From Synergistales bacterium (lineage in GTDB: Bacteria; Synergistota; Synergistia; Synergistales; JAFGMB01), in contig OY762654.1 in assembly GCA_963666205.1 (NCBI GenBank), forward strand, positions 1,376,001 to 1,440,000: a stretch of 64,000 nt of DNA, given 5' to 3'. Below, piece by piece: positions 1 through 11,197 of the stretch. The position numbers and the translations under genes are program-made. Under the pieces are notes generated by a model. It ran no database searches. It was given only the letters and a program-made list of their open reading frames with translations, and was not told the origin of the DNA. Position 1 is the first letter of the stretch, and every line of letters begins with the position of its first letter.

Positions 1-35
1 CCAATAGTTTTCATACTTTTTTTCCCTTTTCTCAT
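1..35 (-). CDS. 5' end of a gene running off the left edge (MRKREKKYENYW...)
   Basis: Minus-strand GGGAGA SD-like sequence shortly before ATG at 35; frame open to the window edge. Confidence 0.5.
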   Translation of the reverse strand, partial: MRKGKKSMKTI

Positions 36-459
36 TAAAATCTCCCTTCTTATGCATAAATGCTACACCGATAAACATCCCTCGGGACAGTTCCCGTGAG
101 AAATCAACACAACAAATGACCTTCTTCATGTTGAAGAAAGCAAAAGGCCTTTAGAACATCGGTCAAACAGGGTAAAAATTCTTTGGGACCATCGGAGGGC
201 CTGAGACCCGATGGAAAACCCGGAGGAAACACAAAACTAAAATATTGTTTATTATTATAACATATAAGAAAAAACGGTTCCTCAATGGGTGTCCAGGGAC
301 ATAGTAGACCCTGGTTTCTTTGGGTAATATCTTATATCAATGTTCTTCTCTGGTAATATAGTGTTACACAGAAAAAAGGAAATAGAATTCGGGAAAAGTG
401 GTCTGAATGTTCCCTGGCACCTGGAGTAACATGATCTTTCCAAACTGGAGGAAAACAAA

Positions 460-1524
460 ATGAACCCTAAGCACGCCCAATTAGATTGGTTGTTGTCTCT
501 ACCCGAATGGCCGAGGGCATCCCTGGCCCTGCTGCCGACCCCCATCCATCGCCTTCCGAGACTGGCAGAACATATCGGTGGTATCGATCTCTGGATGAAG
601 CGGGACGATCTGACCGGACTGACAGGTGGAGGGAATAAAACTCGGAAACTTGAATTCCTGGTTGCAGATGCCATAAAGGCAGGTGCGGACACACTGGTCA
701 CTGTTGGGGCGATCCAGTCTAACCATACTCGCCAGACCGCATCAGCTGCTAAAAAAATGGGCCTGGAATGCGCTCTTCTTCACTGTTCCTGGACAGAAGA
801 GGCCGGCCAGTATTATCGCAGCACCGGAAACATCCTTCTCAGCAGTATTCTGGGGGCAGAACTCTATTTAGACGAAGAGAGACGCCCCATTGAAGACCAG
901 GGGCCTCTTGACGCTCTCTGCGAACACCTTCGGAGTAAGGGACAAACACCGTATCTAATTCCTGGTGGTGCTTCCGAGCATCCCCTTGGAGGATTCGGTT
1001 ATGCCGCATGTGCTGCAGAGATCACCGAACAGGCGAACTCCATGGGGATTCATGTGGACTATGTGATACACTGCACCGGCAGCAGCAGTACGCAGGCCGG
1101 CCTGGTCGCCGGATTTGCGGCCCTTGGTGAAAGAACAAGAGTGATCGGGATCCCGGATGATGATGAAACCGAGATCAAGCGAGAGCGGGTATTGCGACTG
1201 GCTAATAACACCCTGAAAAAACTTGGACGCCCGGAACAGGTGGAAATTTCGGATATCGAGATAGTTGTGGGAGATAGAAGCCCTTATGGGAAAGCAGACA
1301 GCAAGACCTACGATGTCATACGCCTGATAGCCAGAACGGAAGGTCTCGTAGCAGACCCCGTGTATGAGGGCAAATCGCTGAGGGGTCTGATGGAACTTGC
1401 ACAGAGAGGACGGTTCGAGAAGGGGTCAGTGGTTCTGTTTCTTAACCTTGGAGGAACATCGGGAATTCATGGCTATGCAGACCATTTTGAGCCCATTAAT
1501 CTGCGTCCGCTTCCAAAAGCCTGA
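460..1524 (+). CDS. ACC deaminase / D-cysteine desulfhydrase family PLP enzyme
   Basis: KRDDLTG, GGNKTRKLE (PLP lysine), QSNHTR, DPVYEGKS; GGAGG SD upstream. Confidence 0.9.
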   Translation: MNPKHAQLDWLLSLPEWPRASLALLPTPIHRLPRLAEHIGGIDLWMKRDDLTGLTGGGNKTRKLEFLVADAIKAGADTLVTVGAIQSNHTRQTASAAKKMGLECALLHCSWTEEAGQYYRSTGNILLSSILGAELYLDEERRPIEDQGPLDALCEHLRSKGQTPYLIPGGASEHPLGGFGYAACAAEITEQANSMGIHVDYVIHCTGSSSTQAGLVAGFAALGERTRVIGIPDDDETEIKRERVLRLANNTLKKLGRPEQVEISDIEIVVGDRSPYGKADSKTYDVIRLIARTEGLVADPVYEGKSLRGLMELAQRGRFEKGSVVLFLNLGGTSGIHGYADHFEPINLRPLPKA

Positions 1525-1532
1525 GCAGTGAG

Positions 1533-1580
1533 ATCCAGACCCTGATCATCTGTAAATTTACAATGATGATCAGGGTTATC
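1533..1580. repeat. Palindromic hairpin repeat, copy 1 (homologous to 11675-11723); possible terminator
   Basis: ATCCAGACCCTGATCATCTGTAAATTTACAATGATGATCAGGGTTATC; arms ACCCTGATCATC / GATGATCAGGGT. Confidence 0.75.
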
Positions 1581-1726
1581 GACTGGGCGGTTTCCCCAGG
1601 TTAAAAATGCGATAAATTACAGATAGTAGTGACTTTATCCAATTATTTACCTTGTGGCTACCCAGTAATTCAGATCCTGTATGCACCATTCAAAGACCTT
1701 AAAACCCATTGAAGAAAACCAGGTAA

Positions 1727-1766
1727 CATTGCATACATACGGTTAAAATCAAGGTCTGACCCCATT
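1727..1766. repeat. TCAAGGTCTGACCCC core site, copy R1
   Basis: CATTGCATACATACGGTTAAAATCAAGGTCTGACCCCATT, identical over 40 bp to the copy ending at 26038. Confidence 0.95.
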
Positions 1767-1801
1767 GTTGATTGTGTCAATAACGGGCAAGACCGCCAAT
1801 C

Positions 1802-4800
1802 TCAATCCTCCGTAACAGGGATACACACATCAACCGAGTGTTCTTTATGGTCATCAACAAGAGGAATGCCCTTATCGTGTTGTTCTATCCCATCAACTCT
1901 CACTCGCATCTCACCATTACCAGGGGGTGTTTGCAGAACGGAGATGTGGTAAACCGTCTCTCGATATCGGTAGTACATTGTGAACCCTTTCCAATCCGGA
2001 GGGAGGCACGGCGTAAAAAACAGCTTATCCACTTCAAGCCTGAGTCCCAGGAGTGATTCCAGGATCAGCCGATACATCCAGGCGGCCGAGCCCGTGTACC
2101 ATGTCCAGCCGCCACGGCCGGTATGGGGAGGCAAGGCATAAACATCGGCTGCAATAACGTACGGTTCCACCTTGTAGGTGGCCGTTTCCTGGGGGGATCT
2201 TGCGTGGTTAACCGGGTTGATCATGGTAAAGAGTTCCCAGGCACGCCGATTGTCCCCCAAGCGAGCGAAGGCCATTGCCGCCCAGATGGCCGCATGCGTA
2301 TACTGTCCTCCGTTTTCTCTCACGCCGGGAACATATCCTTTGATGTAGCCTGGATTTACCGTCGACTTGTCGAAGGGTGGGTCCAGAAGTTGGATCAGCC
2401 CATGCTCGCGGCGAACAAGGCGCTTATCGACCGCTTCCATGGCCATACAGGAACGCTCATGATCTCCCGCACCCGAAAGGACAGACCAGCTCTGCGCAAT
2501 CGAATCAATCTGACATTCAGGGTTATCTGACGATCCAAGGGGCGATCCTTCATCGAAATAGGCGCGGAGGTACCACGCGCCGTCCCAGCCATGCCTCTTA
2601 ATGTTGCCGCGCAACTGCTCGGCCTCCCTTATGCAACGCCCGGCGAAAGCCACGTCACCATGTATGCGGGCAATCTCAGCGAAACGCATTAGCACTTCAA
2701 ATAAGAAAAACCCCAACCATACGCTCTCACCTTTGCCGTGTTCACCCACCCGGTTCATGCTATCGTTCCAGTCACCGGAGCCGATGAGCGGCAGGCCGTG
2801 TTCCCCGAATCTGAGGCCGTTCAATATTGCCCTGACACAGTGATCGTAAAGACTCGCCATCTCTTCAGAGTGTCCGGGTAGATCGTAATAAGAATCTTCA
2901 TCCGGGTTCACACTGCGACCCTGGAGGAAGTGGACAGGCTCATCCAGCACACCGGTATCCCCGGTGGCGAGAACATAGCGGCACGTCGCGACCGACAGCC
3001 AAAGGTAGTCGTCCGAACAGTGAGTACGCACACCTCGACCCGTTGGAGGATGCCACCAATGTTGAACATCTCCTTCCGTGAATTGGCGGCTCGCGCACAG
3101 TAGAATCTGCTCGCGCACGAGATGCGGCCTGGCATGAACAAGAGCCATCACGTCCTGCAGCTGATCCCGGAAACCGAAAGCCCCCCCCGACTGGTAGGTT
3201 GCGCTGCGCGCCCAAAGGCGACACGTAAGAGTCTGGTAAATCAGCCAGCCGTTTGCCAGAACGTTAAGGGATGGATCAGGTGTTTCCACATTGATAGCGC
3301 CGAGGGTATGTTTCCAGTGCTGCCACACCAGGTCAAGGGCGCTGTGCGCAGTGGTTGGTCCTCGAAAATCATTGATCAGTCTTCTGGCATCGTCTGCATC
3401 CCGCCCTATTCCCAGCCTGAAGACGATTTCGCGCTCCTGCCCGGATTCCAGATCGAAGCTGATCTGGATAGCAGCGCAGGGATCCCTCCCTGCTCCCACC
3501 TTGCCAGAAAGACACGTGCGATTCATGGCGGCAGGAGCGTGCAGCGTACCGTTGCGTCCCAGAAATTCTCTCCGATCACCAGTTACAGTGCGACTGGTGT
3601 CGTCCACGTCGAAGAAAGCAGTTCGGTCATGGAATTCCATATTGTAGGGGTTGCGAGCGAAGAGTGCGCCGCTATTCGGATCAATTTCAGTGATCACGTG
3701 CATGGCCGATTTCGACCGCAGGTCGCCAAGCACCCATTCCACATATCCAGTAGCGGAGAGCCGGCGGGATTGACCAGAATCGTTACGCACTTTTAGAACC
3801 GTAAACTTGATCGCTTCATCCATAGCTACATACACCCACAATTCGGAGTGGATACCGTGCTCGGTGTGTTCAAAGACGCTGTAACCGAATCCGTGCCGGG
3901 TGACATATGGCATTTTCCCGCGGCATGGCAGTGGCGTGGGCGACCAGAATTTGCCGAGATCTTCATCACGGAGGTAAAATGCCTCTCCTCTCGAATCGCT
4001 TACAGGATCGTTTCCCCATGGAGTCAGGCGGAACTCATGGGCATTCTCACTCCAGGTGTAGGCTAGGCCGCTCTCTGATATGACAGTCCCGAAGTTCGGG
4101 TTGGCCAGCACATTCACCCAGGGAGCCGGTGTCAGTTGTCCCTGCGCGGTGGTAATAATATACTCGTGTCCGTCATGGGTGAATCCGCCAAGTCCGTTGT
4201 AGAACATCAGATCGGGGCGTGGCAAAGGTGCGACCGCCAGGGGTTCGGAGCGGGGAGTTCGCGTCGGGGTAAGAAGGGGCGCTGTTGTTTCATCAAGACT
4301 CCGTCCATTTATCTGCTCCGCCAGTGTACCCCGGCTGTCACTGATTATTACGCGTGCTACCGTTTGGATAAGGATTCGGTCTTCCTCCGCTATCCGGTCC
4401 TCAGATCTCACAAAAATACCACCGGGTCGATCAGTTATGTTGGCTTCGATGCCTGCCGTAATAAGCCCCATGATCTGGTCGTGGAGGAGTTGCCGATAAC
4501 CTGCATGATCTTCGTTCCAGATCACCAGATCCACAGCTAGTCCCTTTAGACGCCAATAGGCATGGGCCTGCACGAGTTGGCGCACCAGTTCGATATTGGC
4601 CGGATCTCCTATCTTCAGCAGGACAATCGGTAAATCGCCCGAGATGGCGTATCCCCAAAGACCGGATTGGCCCCGGTGGTTCTTTATGAGAACACTCGGG
4701 TCGGCTCGCAGCGAGGCATTGGCATAGATGATCGAACTGGCGAGACGCCCATAGAGTTGCGCATCTGCCTCTGACGCATTAGACTGGCGCAGCAGTACCT

Positions 4801-7800
4801 GACCATGAGTCCAGGCCAGATCAAAGACACGATTCGCGAGTCGACGATCCTGGTACTTTCCCGCCAGTCCTACGGCTGCATCACGTGTTTCACCGATACC
4901 GGTGACCATATCTATGGTTACTGATTCTTCGGGATCCAGGTTTATCCGGCATCGGATGGAAACGATCGGATCAAGCACTGAACCCTCACTGCCCGAGAGT
5001 TCTCCCGTAAAAGAACCATCTCCTCCAATCATCGCTTGTGGATCAGCGACGGTGTTTCCTCGGCCGATAAACTGCATGCGATCGGTTTCGTAGGAAACTG
5101 CTCCTATTTCCGCCCCACGCACAGCCATCAGGTGCATCATCCAGGGCGCCTGTTCGCCTTCGGAGCGAGGCCGACGAGTGCAGAGAATCGCTCGCTGCTG
5201 GTGGATGATCTCGGTCTGCACAAAGAGATTGCTGAATGCCGGATGAAGCGCATCCGGGGCGGGTGGCGCCATAACCACTTCAGCGTAACTGGTAATGTCT
5301 ATCTCTCGCCGCGTCTGCGCGCGGTTGGTTATTTTGACACGGCGCAGTTCGATGTCATCCTCGGGCGAAACAGCTATCTCTGTATATGTATCATAATTGT
5401 GATCACGGCGTCGAAACTCTGCCCGCCCTTCCGAAAAGATCGCTTCATAATTTCCCGATAGGTTAAGCACAGGCTGATATGTAGTTGACCAGAACTCTTT
5501 GCTGGCCACGTCGCGTATGTAACAGAAGGTCCCCCAGTTGTCGCAGGTGCTGTCTTCACGCCAACGGGTGATAGCGAGGTCATTCCAGCGGCTGTAACCG
5601 CCTCCGGCATTGGTTATCATCACGTGGTATCTGCCGTTTGAAAGTAACTGCACTTCAGGGCTCGGTGTGTCGGGACTGTTGAAACAGCGTATCGGCGTCT
5701 CCAAAGCACTGAAAGTCATCGAGTGCTCGGAGAGCTCTGTTGTATGCACATAGAGAGGTGTTGCCTTGGGAATTCGCTCCTGGAGTAACAGCATGGTCGC
5801 CTGGAATAGGGGATCAGACTCGAATCGCTTCTGCATCGGGCGATCCTGAAGCACATGGGACAAAGACAGAAGAGTCATGCCCTGATGATGGGCCATAAAG
5901 GAACGAACCACGGCACTCGATTGACCACGGGGCAGACGGGATGGAGTGTAGTCTATAGCTTCGTAGAAGCCATACCGGGTTTCAAAGCCTTCAGCAGCTA
6001 GTAGCTCAAGATTCAGACACGCCTCATCGGGTGTCACCATCAATGCCAGTGCCGAAGCATAGGGTGCAATCACCAGATCCTCGGCAAGTCCTCGTTTGAG
6101 CCCCAGGCCAGGGACACCAAAGGCGCGATATTGATAGTTTCGATGAACATCTATGGCATTGTAGCCGCTTTCCGAAATGCCCCAAGGCACGTTGCGCTTT
6201 TTCCCATATTCGATCTGGCTGGCCACAGCCACCTTACAGGTCTGGTCAAGCAGCGTGTGTTCGTAAGTCGGCATAACCAGAAGGGGCATCAGGTATTCGA
6301 ACATGGAACCGCTCCACGAAAGCAGTATCGGTTCTCCACCGGCAGTCGTGAGAATCCGTCCCAGGGCAAACCAGCTTTCCTGTGCCAATTCTCCCTGCGC
6401 GATCGCTACAAAAACTGAAAGTCTCGCTTCAGAAGCCAGAAGATCGTAGTAGCTGGAGTCCTTCCGGCCTTCAGCTACGTTGTAGCCGATTGCCAGCAAA
6501 TGTTGTGTTTCATCAAACAGAAAACCGTATTCCATGCGGGCAAGGGTGTCGCATTGCAGGGCAAGCCCTTTTATCGCAGAAATCCTTGTTTTGGCATGCT
6601 GGCTGGCTGTCACGATTAGATCATGTAGTTCTCTGAGGTAAATTTTTTCCTCCATCGTGGAGGCAGGACTGATCCGATGTGCGATCACCGGCAACAGCTT
6701 TTTATCCAGTCCTGCCAGTTCCCGCAATGTCGGGATCTCGTCGAGATTTTGAAAGCCTCCTGGATTATCCTGAGAAGATAAGAGATCTGTCCAGGGTGCA
6801 AGAAGCTTCAGTTCATCGAGGGCGTCCTGGCATTGCCTGGAAAAGGCACGGACCCACCATTCAAATTGGCTCTCGGGGCTGGCATCGGTTGTCTCTATGC
6901 CCGAAACCACAACCGCAACGGACCTTGCCAACTGATCAATGCACAACCGTAACGCCGTGAGCGTGGGAGGGAAAGAATGAGTCGCGGAATCCAGATCCTC
7001 TTCAAGTTGAGCGAACTGGACAGGATTATATATCTCCGGCTTGTTCGCAGCAGTGTCTAAAACGATCCGGAGAGTGTCGCTTAAACTCTCAAAGAACCTC
7101 TTACTCAGGATCTTGTGATCGGGAAGACCGCGCAGACCCGACCTCAATGTCAGCAGATGGCCCGCAAGGTTTCCGCTGTCCACCGACGAAATGTAAAGAG
7201 GCGGCAGGGGTTTCAGAGAACGAGTGTCGTACCAGTTGAAGAAGTGTCCGCGGTGTCGTTCCAGTCCTTCCATGGTGTGAAGTGCCTTTGCTGTACGTTC
7301 TATAAGTTTTCCGGCCAGAATAACGCCAAAGTCGTACGCGGATAAATTTGCCAGCAGCACAAGCCCCATGTTGGTAGGTGAAGTGCGGTGTGCTAACACA
7401 GAAACAGGATACTCCTGGTAGTTATCCGGGGGGAGCCAGTTGTCTTCCGGGCCGATAAAGGTCTCGAAAAATGACCATGTTTTACGGAAGATTTTTCGCA
7501 GGAAGATTATCTGATCCGTTGTCAGTCTTTTTCTGCGACGGGTTATCGGCCGACTGATCCACCAGGCAATAACGGGAGAGGCAAACCAGAGACCTAATAT
7601 CGGGCCTGCCACAACCAAGGTGGCTGACCTGAATGAAGCGATCATTATCACTACTGCAACCACAAGGAGCGGAACAATCCACATGGCTCGATACGAACCG
7701 GCTAGGTCCGTTCGGCCATTGCGATCCGAGGAGTCCGATGGATTCCATTGGAGCAGACCTTGATGTGTGACCAGCGTCCTCCATGCAACGCGAACCATTG

Positions 7801-10600
7801 CATCCAGATTGGAAAATGCTTCGTATGGCAAGCAGACCACTGTGAATACAGCCTGAAAAAAATGACGGCGGGCCGATCTCACTGCGCCGGCAAGGTGCAG
7901 TCCCAGGGTAACATCGGATGGTTTCTTGATCACATTCAAGACCGAGGCCATCAAAGAAGGAATCAGGATAATGCCCATAACCGCCAAAGTCCAAAACCAG
8001 GCTGATGGCAACATGACCCAACTCCATATGGACAGCAGTGTCAATGCCGGGGCCATCAGACTACGCCGCAGGTTATCGAAGATCTTCCAGCGGGACAGCA
8101 TGGAAAGCGGGTTTTTCTGAAGGTGTCCACCAGGACCGGGAATGTATGGCAACAGCCACTGTGCGATCTGCCAATCACCGCGAATCCAACGATGCCGGCG
8201 ACTCACATCCGCGCTGTAGGAAGATGGATATTCCTCGTATAGCTCCACATCGCTCAACAGTCCCGCTCTGGCGTAACAACCTTCCAAAAGATCATGGCTG
8301 AGGATCCGGTTTTCGGGAAAACGCCCGTTAAGTGCCTGCTCAAATGCATCTATCTCATAGATTCCCTTACCTATAAACGAACCTTCACCAAACAGATCCT
8401 GGTAAACATCGGAAACGGCGCGCGTATACGGATCTATACCGAGCTCACTTGCACACATGCGCACATAGTGTGACCGGTTCTCACCAGACAGACTCTCCGC
8501 AACCCGCGGCTGAAGAATGCCGTACCCAGCAACGACACGTTGTTTTTTTTCGTCATAGCAGGGACGATTGAGTGGGTGCGCCATGGCTCCAACAAACTGC
8601 CGCGCCGAATCGCGTGCCAATAGCGTATCTGTATCCAGGGTGATCACGTACTTCACGTCCGATAAGACCGCGGTTTCGCCGACCACAAGTTCGAAGCGAT
8701 CTCTAGCTCCACCGCGCAGAAACCCATTCAGATCCGCTAGCTTGCCGCGTTTTCGCTCGTACCCCATCCATATCCTATCCTGTGGATTCCAGCGGCGGGG
8801 ACGATGAAACAGAAAGAAAGTATCGCCTTCCGGACTCTTGTATTTTTCGTTCAGATCCTGGATCCGTTTTTGGGCCAGGCGCAACAGCGGTTCGTCCCCA
8901 GGAAGAGTAGCTTCCATGGCATCAGAAAAATCTGTGAGCAGAGCAAAGTACAGGTGATCCTCCCGATTTGCCAGGAAGCGGACTTCCATTGCCTTGAACA
9001 GATCCTCGATATTTTGAGTGCCCGTGAGCATCGTCGGAACCACGATCAGCGTTCGTAAATCCTGTGGAATCCCCTTGGAGAAGTCCATTCTCGGGAGGGG
9101 ATGCGGCGGCACCAGCAGCGTTGCCAGCCAATTCACCATACCTACCCCCAGATGACTGGCGCAGAGAAGCGAAAGCAGTCCAACCATCCAGAGTGTCCAG
9201 CCTCTCAACCCGCTGGCATAAGCCTTATCAATGAAACAGCTGGCGACAATAACTGTTATCAGCAGAATGGTGCCGATATACAACTGTAAAGAGAACCGCC
9301 TGCTGAGTTTACTCAGAAGATCAGGAGGCGAAAATCGCACCTCCGCCACTCGTTTAAGTTGTGCCGATCCCTCGTCGATCAGGTAAAACCCGACATGCCC
9401 AGTGCGGTCGCTGCATCCTTTCCGAGCCGCTCCCTCTTGTGCCAGCTTGATTGCCCTGCTCGCTACATCGCTTTCGGATAAGGGACTGCTCTTTGCAATC
9501 TTCTCCACGACGTGGCGATAGCTATCACGGGTAGTAAAATCCATTTTGCCATAAACATCAGCAGGATCTTCTCTCAGGGTCTGCTCGACAACACTCATCT
9601 TTTCGACGAATTCGCGCCAATCCGTCCCGCCGATGAATCTGAGGCTGCCGATGCTGTTGCTGACCGAGATCTGATCAGCGGCTTGTTGCTGGTTCTCCGA
9701 GCGAACCAACTGCTCGATGGTCAGACCAGACTCGGCCAACTGCTGTTCGATCCAGGAAAGCGGCAGGGACAGGGCACCGCCCTGTCCCTGCAGGCGACGC
9801 GTGAGTTCTGCAACAAAGGAACTCACCATTGGCGGGTTCGACCGCGCCATGTCTGCGATAACGAGGATCAGGCTCTTCGGATCCTGTGCAGCAATCTCGA
9901 TCATCTGGTCCGCCCAGAATTCTGCGCGGTTTCTGTTAAGCCTGCCGGCCGCTATCCGGGCGGCAACCCGGCGCAGATTCTCGATCAGTGCCAGACGCAA
10001 CATGATGGGAATGGCCCATAATTCTCCCAATTTCAAAGCAGTCACCTTCTGATAGGCAGCGACAAATCGACTGAGGTTTTCCGGATCAACTCTGCCATCA
10101 CCGTGAGAGATCGTCTCCAGAGCAATGTCATACACCCGCGGGAACCCAGCCGATGGTCCGTTCGACAAGCGAGGAAGTTCCCTGCTGTACCCCTTTGGCA
10201 AATGTCGGGTGGCCGTGCGAATCTGTTCTTCGATCAGATAGAAGTTATCGAGCAGCCATTCTCCGGCCGGTGTTATCCGGCGATCCATGTTGACAGCCTC
10301 TGTCTCCAGGTTATGGACTTTACCCAGGAAAATTTCGTTATCGGCCAGCCGCGCCAGAAGGAGATGCCGCGGGCGTCCAGTCATCAACTTATGCATACCA
10401 GCAAGGGTCTTTCCATGCTGCTCCATCTGGTCTGCGCTGAACAGATCTGATCGAAGGGGCAGTTCCTCACCGACATATTGCTGTTCCAGGTCGCTTCCAC
10501 GGAGGCTCGACCACATACGGGAAAAAGTTTTGCGAACAGTCTTAGCGGTATCCTTCATTATCAATCTCTCCTCTGCCAGATCGGAAACCGTCTCATCCAT
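1802..10600 (-). CDS. ndvB: Cyclic beta-1,2-glucan synthase (Cgs/NdvB/ChvB type: GT84 synthase, TM segments, glycoamylase-like cyclisation domain, C-terminal GH94 phosphorylase)
   Basis: 2932 aa; WMGYERKRGKL, GKGIY, LSHDLLEG, RRHRWIRGDWQ, SWSGSMFEYLMP, WGISES, GGAFGFRDQLQD, GSGDWND, RENGGQYTH. Confidence 0.93.
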   Translation of the reverse strand: MDETVSDLAEERLIMKDTAKTVRKTFSRMWSSLRGSDLEQQYVGEELPLRSDLFSADQMEQHGKTLAGMHKLMTGRPRHLLLARLADNEIFLGKVHNLETEAVNMDRRITPAGEWLLDNFYLIEEQIRTATRHLPKGYSRELPRLSNGPSAGFPRVYDIALETISHGDGRVDPENLSRFVAAYQKVTALKLGELWAIPIMLRLALIENLRRVAARIAAGRLNRNRAEFWADQMIEIAAQDPKSLILVIADMARSNPPMVSSFVAELTRRLQGQGGALSLPLSWIEQQLAESGLTIEQLVRSENQQQAADQISVSNSIGSLRFIGGTDWREFVEKMSVVEQTLREDPADVYGKMDFTTRDSYRHVVEKIAKSSPLSESDVASRAIKLAQEGAARKGCSDRTGHVGFYLIDEGSAQLKRVAEVRFSPPDLLSKLSRRFSLQLYIGTILLITVIVASCFIDKAYASGLRGWTLWMVGLLSLLCASHLGVGMVNWLATLLVPPHPLPRMDFSKGIPQDLRTLIVVPTMLTGTQNIEDLFKAMEVRFLANREDHLYFALLTDFSDAMEATLPGDEPLLRLAQKRIQDLNEKYKSPEGDTFFLFHRPRRWNPQDRIWMGYERKRGKLADLNGFLRGGARDRFELVVGETAVLSDVKYVITLDTDTLLARDSARQFVGAMAHPLNRPCYDEKKQRVVAGYGILQPRVAESLSGENRSHYVRMCASELGIDPYTRAVSDVYQDLFGEGSFIGKGIYEIDAFEQALNGRFPENRILSHDLLEGCYARAGLLSDVELYEEYPSSYSADVSRRHRWIRGDWQIAQWLLPYIPGPGGHLQKNPLSMLSRWKIFDNLRRSLMAPALTLLSIWSWVMLPSAWFWTLAVMGIILIPSLMASVLNVIKKPSDVTLGLHLAGAVRSARRHFFQAVFTVVCLPYEAFSNLDAMVRVAWRTLVTHQGLLQWNPSDSSDRNGRTDLAGSYRAMWIVPLLVVAVVIMIASFRSATLVVAGPILGLWFASPVIAWWISRPITRRRKRLTTDQIIFLRKIFRKTWSFFETFIGPEDNWLPPDNYQEYPVSVLAHRTSPTNMGLVLLANLSAYDFGVILAGKLIERTAKALHTMEGLERHRGHFFNWYDTRSLKPLPPLYISSVDSGNLAGHLLTLRSGLRGLPDHKILSKRFFESLSDTLRIVLDTAANKPEIYNPVQFAQLEEDLDSATHSFPPTLTALRLCIDQLARSVAVVVSGIETTDASPESQFEWWVRAFSRQCQDALDELKLLAPWTDLLSSQDNPGGFQNLDEIPTLRELAGLDKKLLPVIAHRISPASTMEEKIYLRELHDLIVTASQHAKTRISAIKGLALQCDTLARMEYGFLFDETQHLLAIGYNVAEGRKDSSYYDLLASEARLSVFVAIAQGELAQESWFALGRILTTAGGEPILLSWSGSMFEYLMPLLVMPTYEHTLLDQTCKVAVASQIEYGKKRNVPWGISESGYNAIDVHRNYQYRAFGVPGLGLKRGLAEDLVIAPYASALALMVTPDEACLNLELLAAEGFETRYGFYEAIDYTPSRLPRGQSSAVVRSFMAHHQGMTLLSLSHVLQDRPMQKRFESDPLFQATMLLLQERIPKATPLYVHTTELSEHSMTFSALETPIRCFNSPDTPSPEVQLLSNGRYHVMITNAGGGYSRWNDLAITRWREDSTCDNWGTFCYIRDVASKEFWSTTYQPVLNLSGNYEAIFSEGRAEFRRRDHNYDTYTEIAVSPEDDIELRRVKITNRAQTRREIDITSYAEVVMAPPAPDALHPAFSNLFVQTEIIHQQRAILCTRRPRSEGEQAPWMMHLMAVRGAEIGAVSYETDRMQFIGRGNTVADPQAMIGGDGSFTGELSGSEGSVLDPIVSIRCRINLDPEESVTIDMVTGIGETRDAAVGLAGKYQDRRLANRVFDLAWTHGQVLLRQSNASEADAQLYGRLASSIIYANASLRADPSVLIKNHRGQSGLWGYAISGDLPIVLLKIGDPANIELVRQLVQAHAYWRLKGLAVDLVIWNEDHAGYRQLLHDQIMGLITAGIEANITDRPGGIFVRSEDRIAEEDRILIQTVARVIISDSRGTLAEQINGRSLDETTAPLLTPTRTPRSEPLAVAPLPRPDLMFYNGLGGFTHDGHEYIITTAQGQLTPAPWVNVLANPNFGTVISESGLAYTWSENAHEFRLTPWGNDPVSDSRGEAFYLRDEDLGKFWSPTPLPCRGKMPYVTRHGFGYSVFEHTEHGIHSELWVYVAMDEAIKFTVLKVRNDSGQSRRLSATGYVEWVLGDLRSKSAMHVITEIDPNSGALFARNPYNMEFHDRTAFFDVDDTSRTVTGDRREFLGRNGTLHAPAAMNRTCLSGKVGAGRDPCAAIQISFDLESGQEREIVFRLGIGRDADDARRLINDFRGPTTAHSALDLVWQHWKHTLGAINVETPDPSLNVLANGWLIYQTLTCRLWARSATYQSGGAFGFRDQLQDVMALVHARPHLVREQILLCASRQFTEGDVQHWWHPPTGRGVRTHCSDDYLWLSVATCRYVLATGDTGVLDEPVHFLQGRSVNPDEDSYYDLPGHSEEMASLYDHCVRAILNGLRFGEHGLPLIGSGDWNDSMNRVGEHGKGESVWLGFFLFEVLMRFAEIARIHGDVAFAGRCIREAEQLRGNIKRHGWDGAWYLRAYFDEGSPLGSSDNPECQIDSIAQSWSVLSGAGDHERSCMAMEAVDKRLVRREHGLIQLLDPPFDKSTVNPGYIKGYVPGVRENGGQYTHAAIWAAMAFARLGDNRRAWELFTMINPVNHARSPQETATYKVEPYVIAADVYALPPHTGRGGWTWYTGSAAWMYRLILESLLGLRLEVDKLFFTPCLPPDWKGFTMYYRYRETVYHISVLQTPPGNGEMRVRVDGIEQHDKGIPLVDDHKEHSVDVCIPVTED

Positions 10601-11197
10601 GTCAAAAAAGTATTATTCATTGCAATAGCCACTGGCTCGGGTATTCAGATCTCTCGACAATCATGGTCTGAACGAAGCAATCAATTCGGTCCATGTGGAA
10701 TTTTCGTAATAAGTAAACTATATTTTCCGATGGACATAACATCCAGGTCGCTGGACCCATCGTCGACCTGGATCAGGGCGGAGAACCCGTTTGGAGGACC
10801 ACCATTGGTCCTCCAAACAAGTCCATTGCTGAATGATGTGTAATTATGATATGGGATTCTTTGCAATCGTGGATATTTGTACATTGACCTTAGGGATAGT
10901 TGGAGTTCTTTCCCCAACCTGAACAATTTAACCTTAAGGTCAAAACTCTAACTATTTATTATATCATTTTGTTCATTATTTACTCTCCGAATAAAAAGGT
11001 ATTCCTTCCGGGGTGAACCTGAGGCAGACATGGACACCCTCGGGATCCACAATTTGACCCCTTTGATTCTTGGTACAGGCATATGGTTGTCAAGCCAGAT
11101 CTACCTTTCATGATAATGAGTTGTAAATTCAGAATATCACCGATTCAGTGTTATAATACTTTAGGGTTAGATGCACTTTAAGAAAGGAAGTGTCAAC

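Noticed and set aside
60-240. Structured leader with hairpin CCATCGG...CCGATGG as a riboswitch
   Set aside because: Could not match the conserved motifs of any riboswitch class I know; needs an Rfam scan.
1727-1766. Core as a classical integron attC/attI site
   Set aside because: No RYYYAAC...GTTRRRY pairing or long imperfect palindrome (GTTAAAA is only a partial match), and no IntI gene in the window.
1838-10628. Many 60-220 aa ORFs inside ndvB
   Set aside because: Shadow frames of a GC-rich gene with no recognisable motifs.
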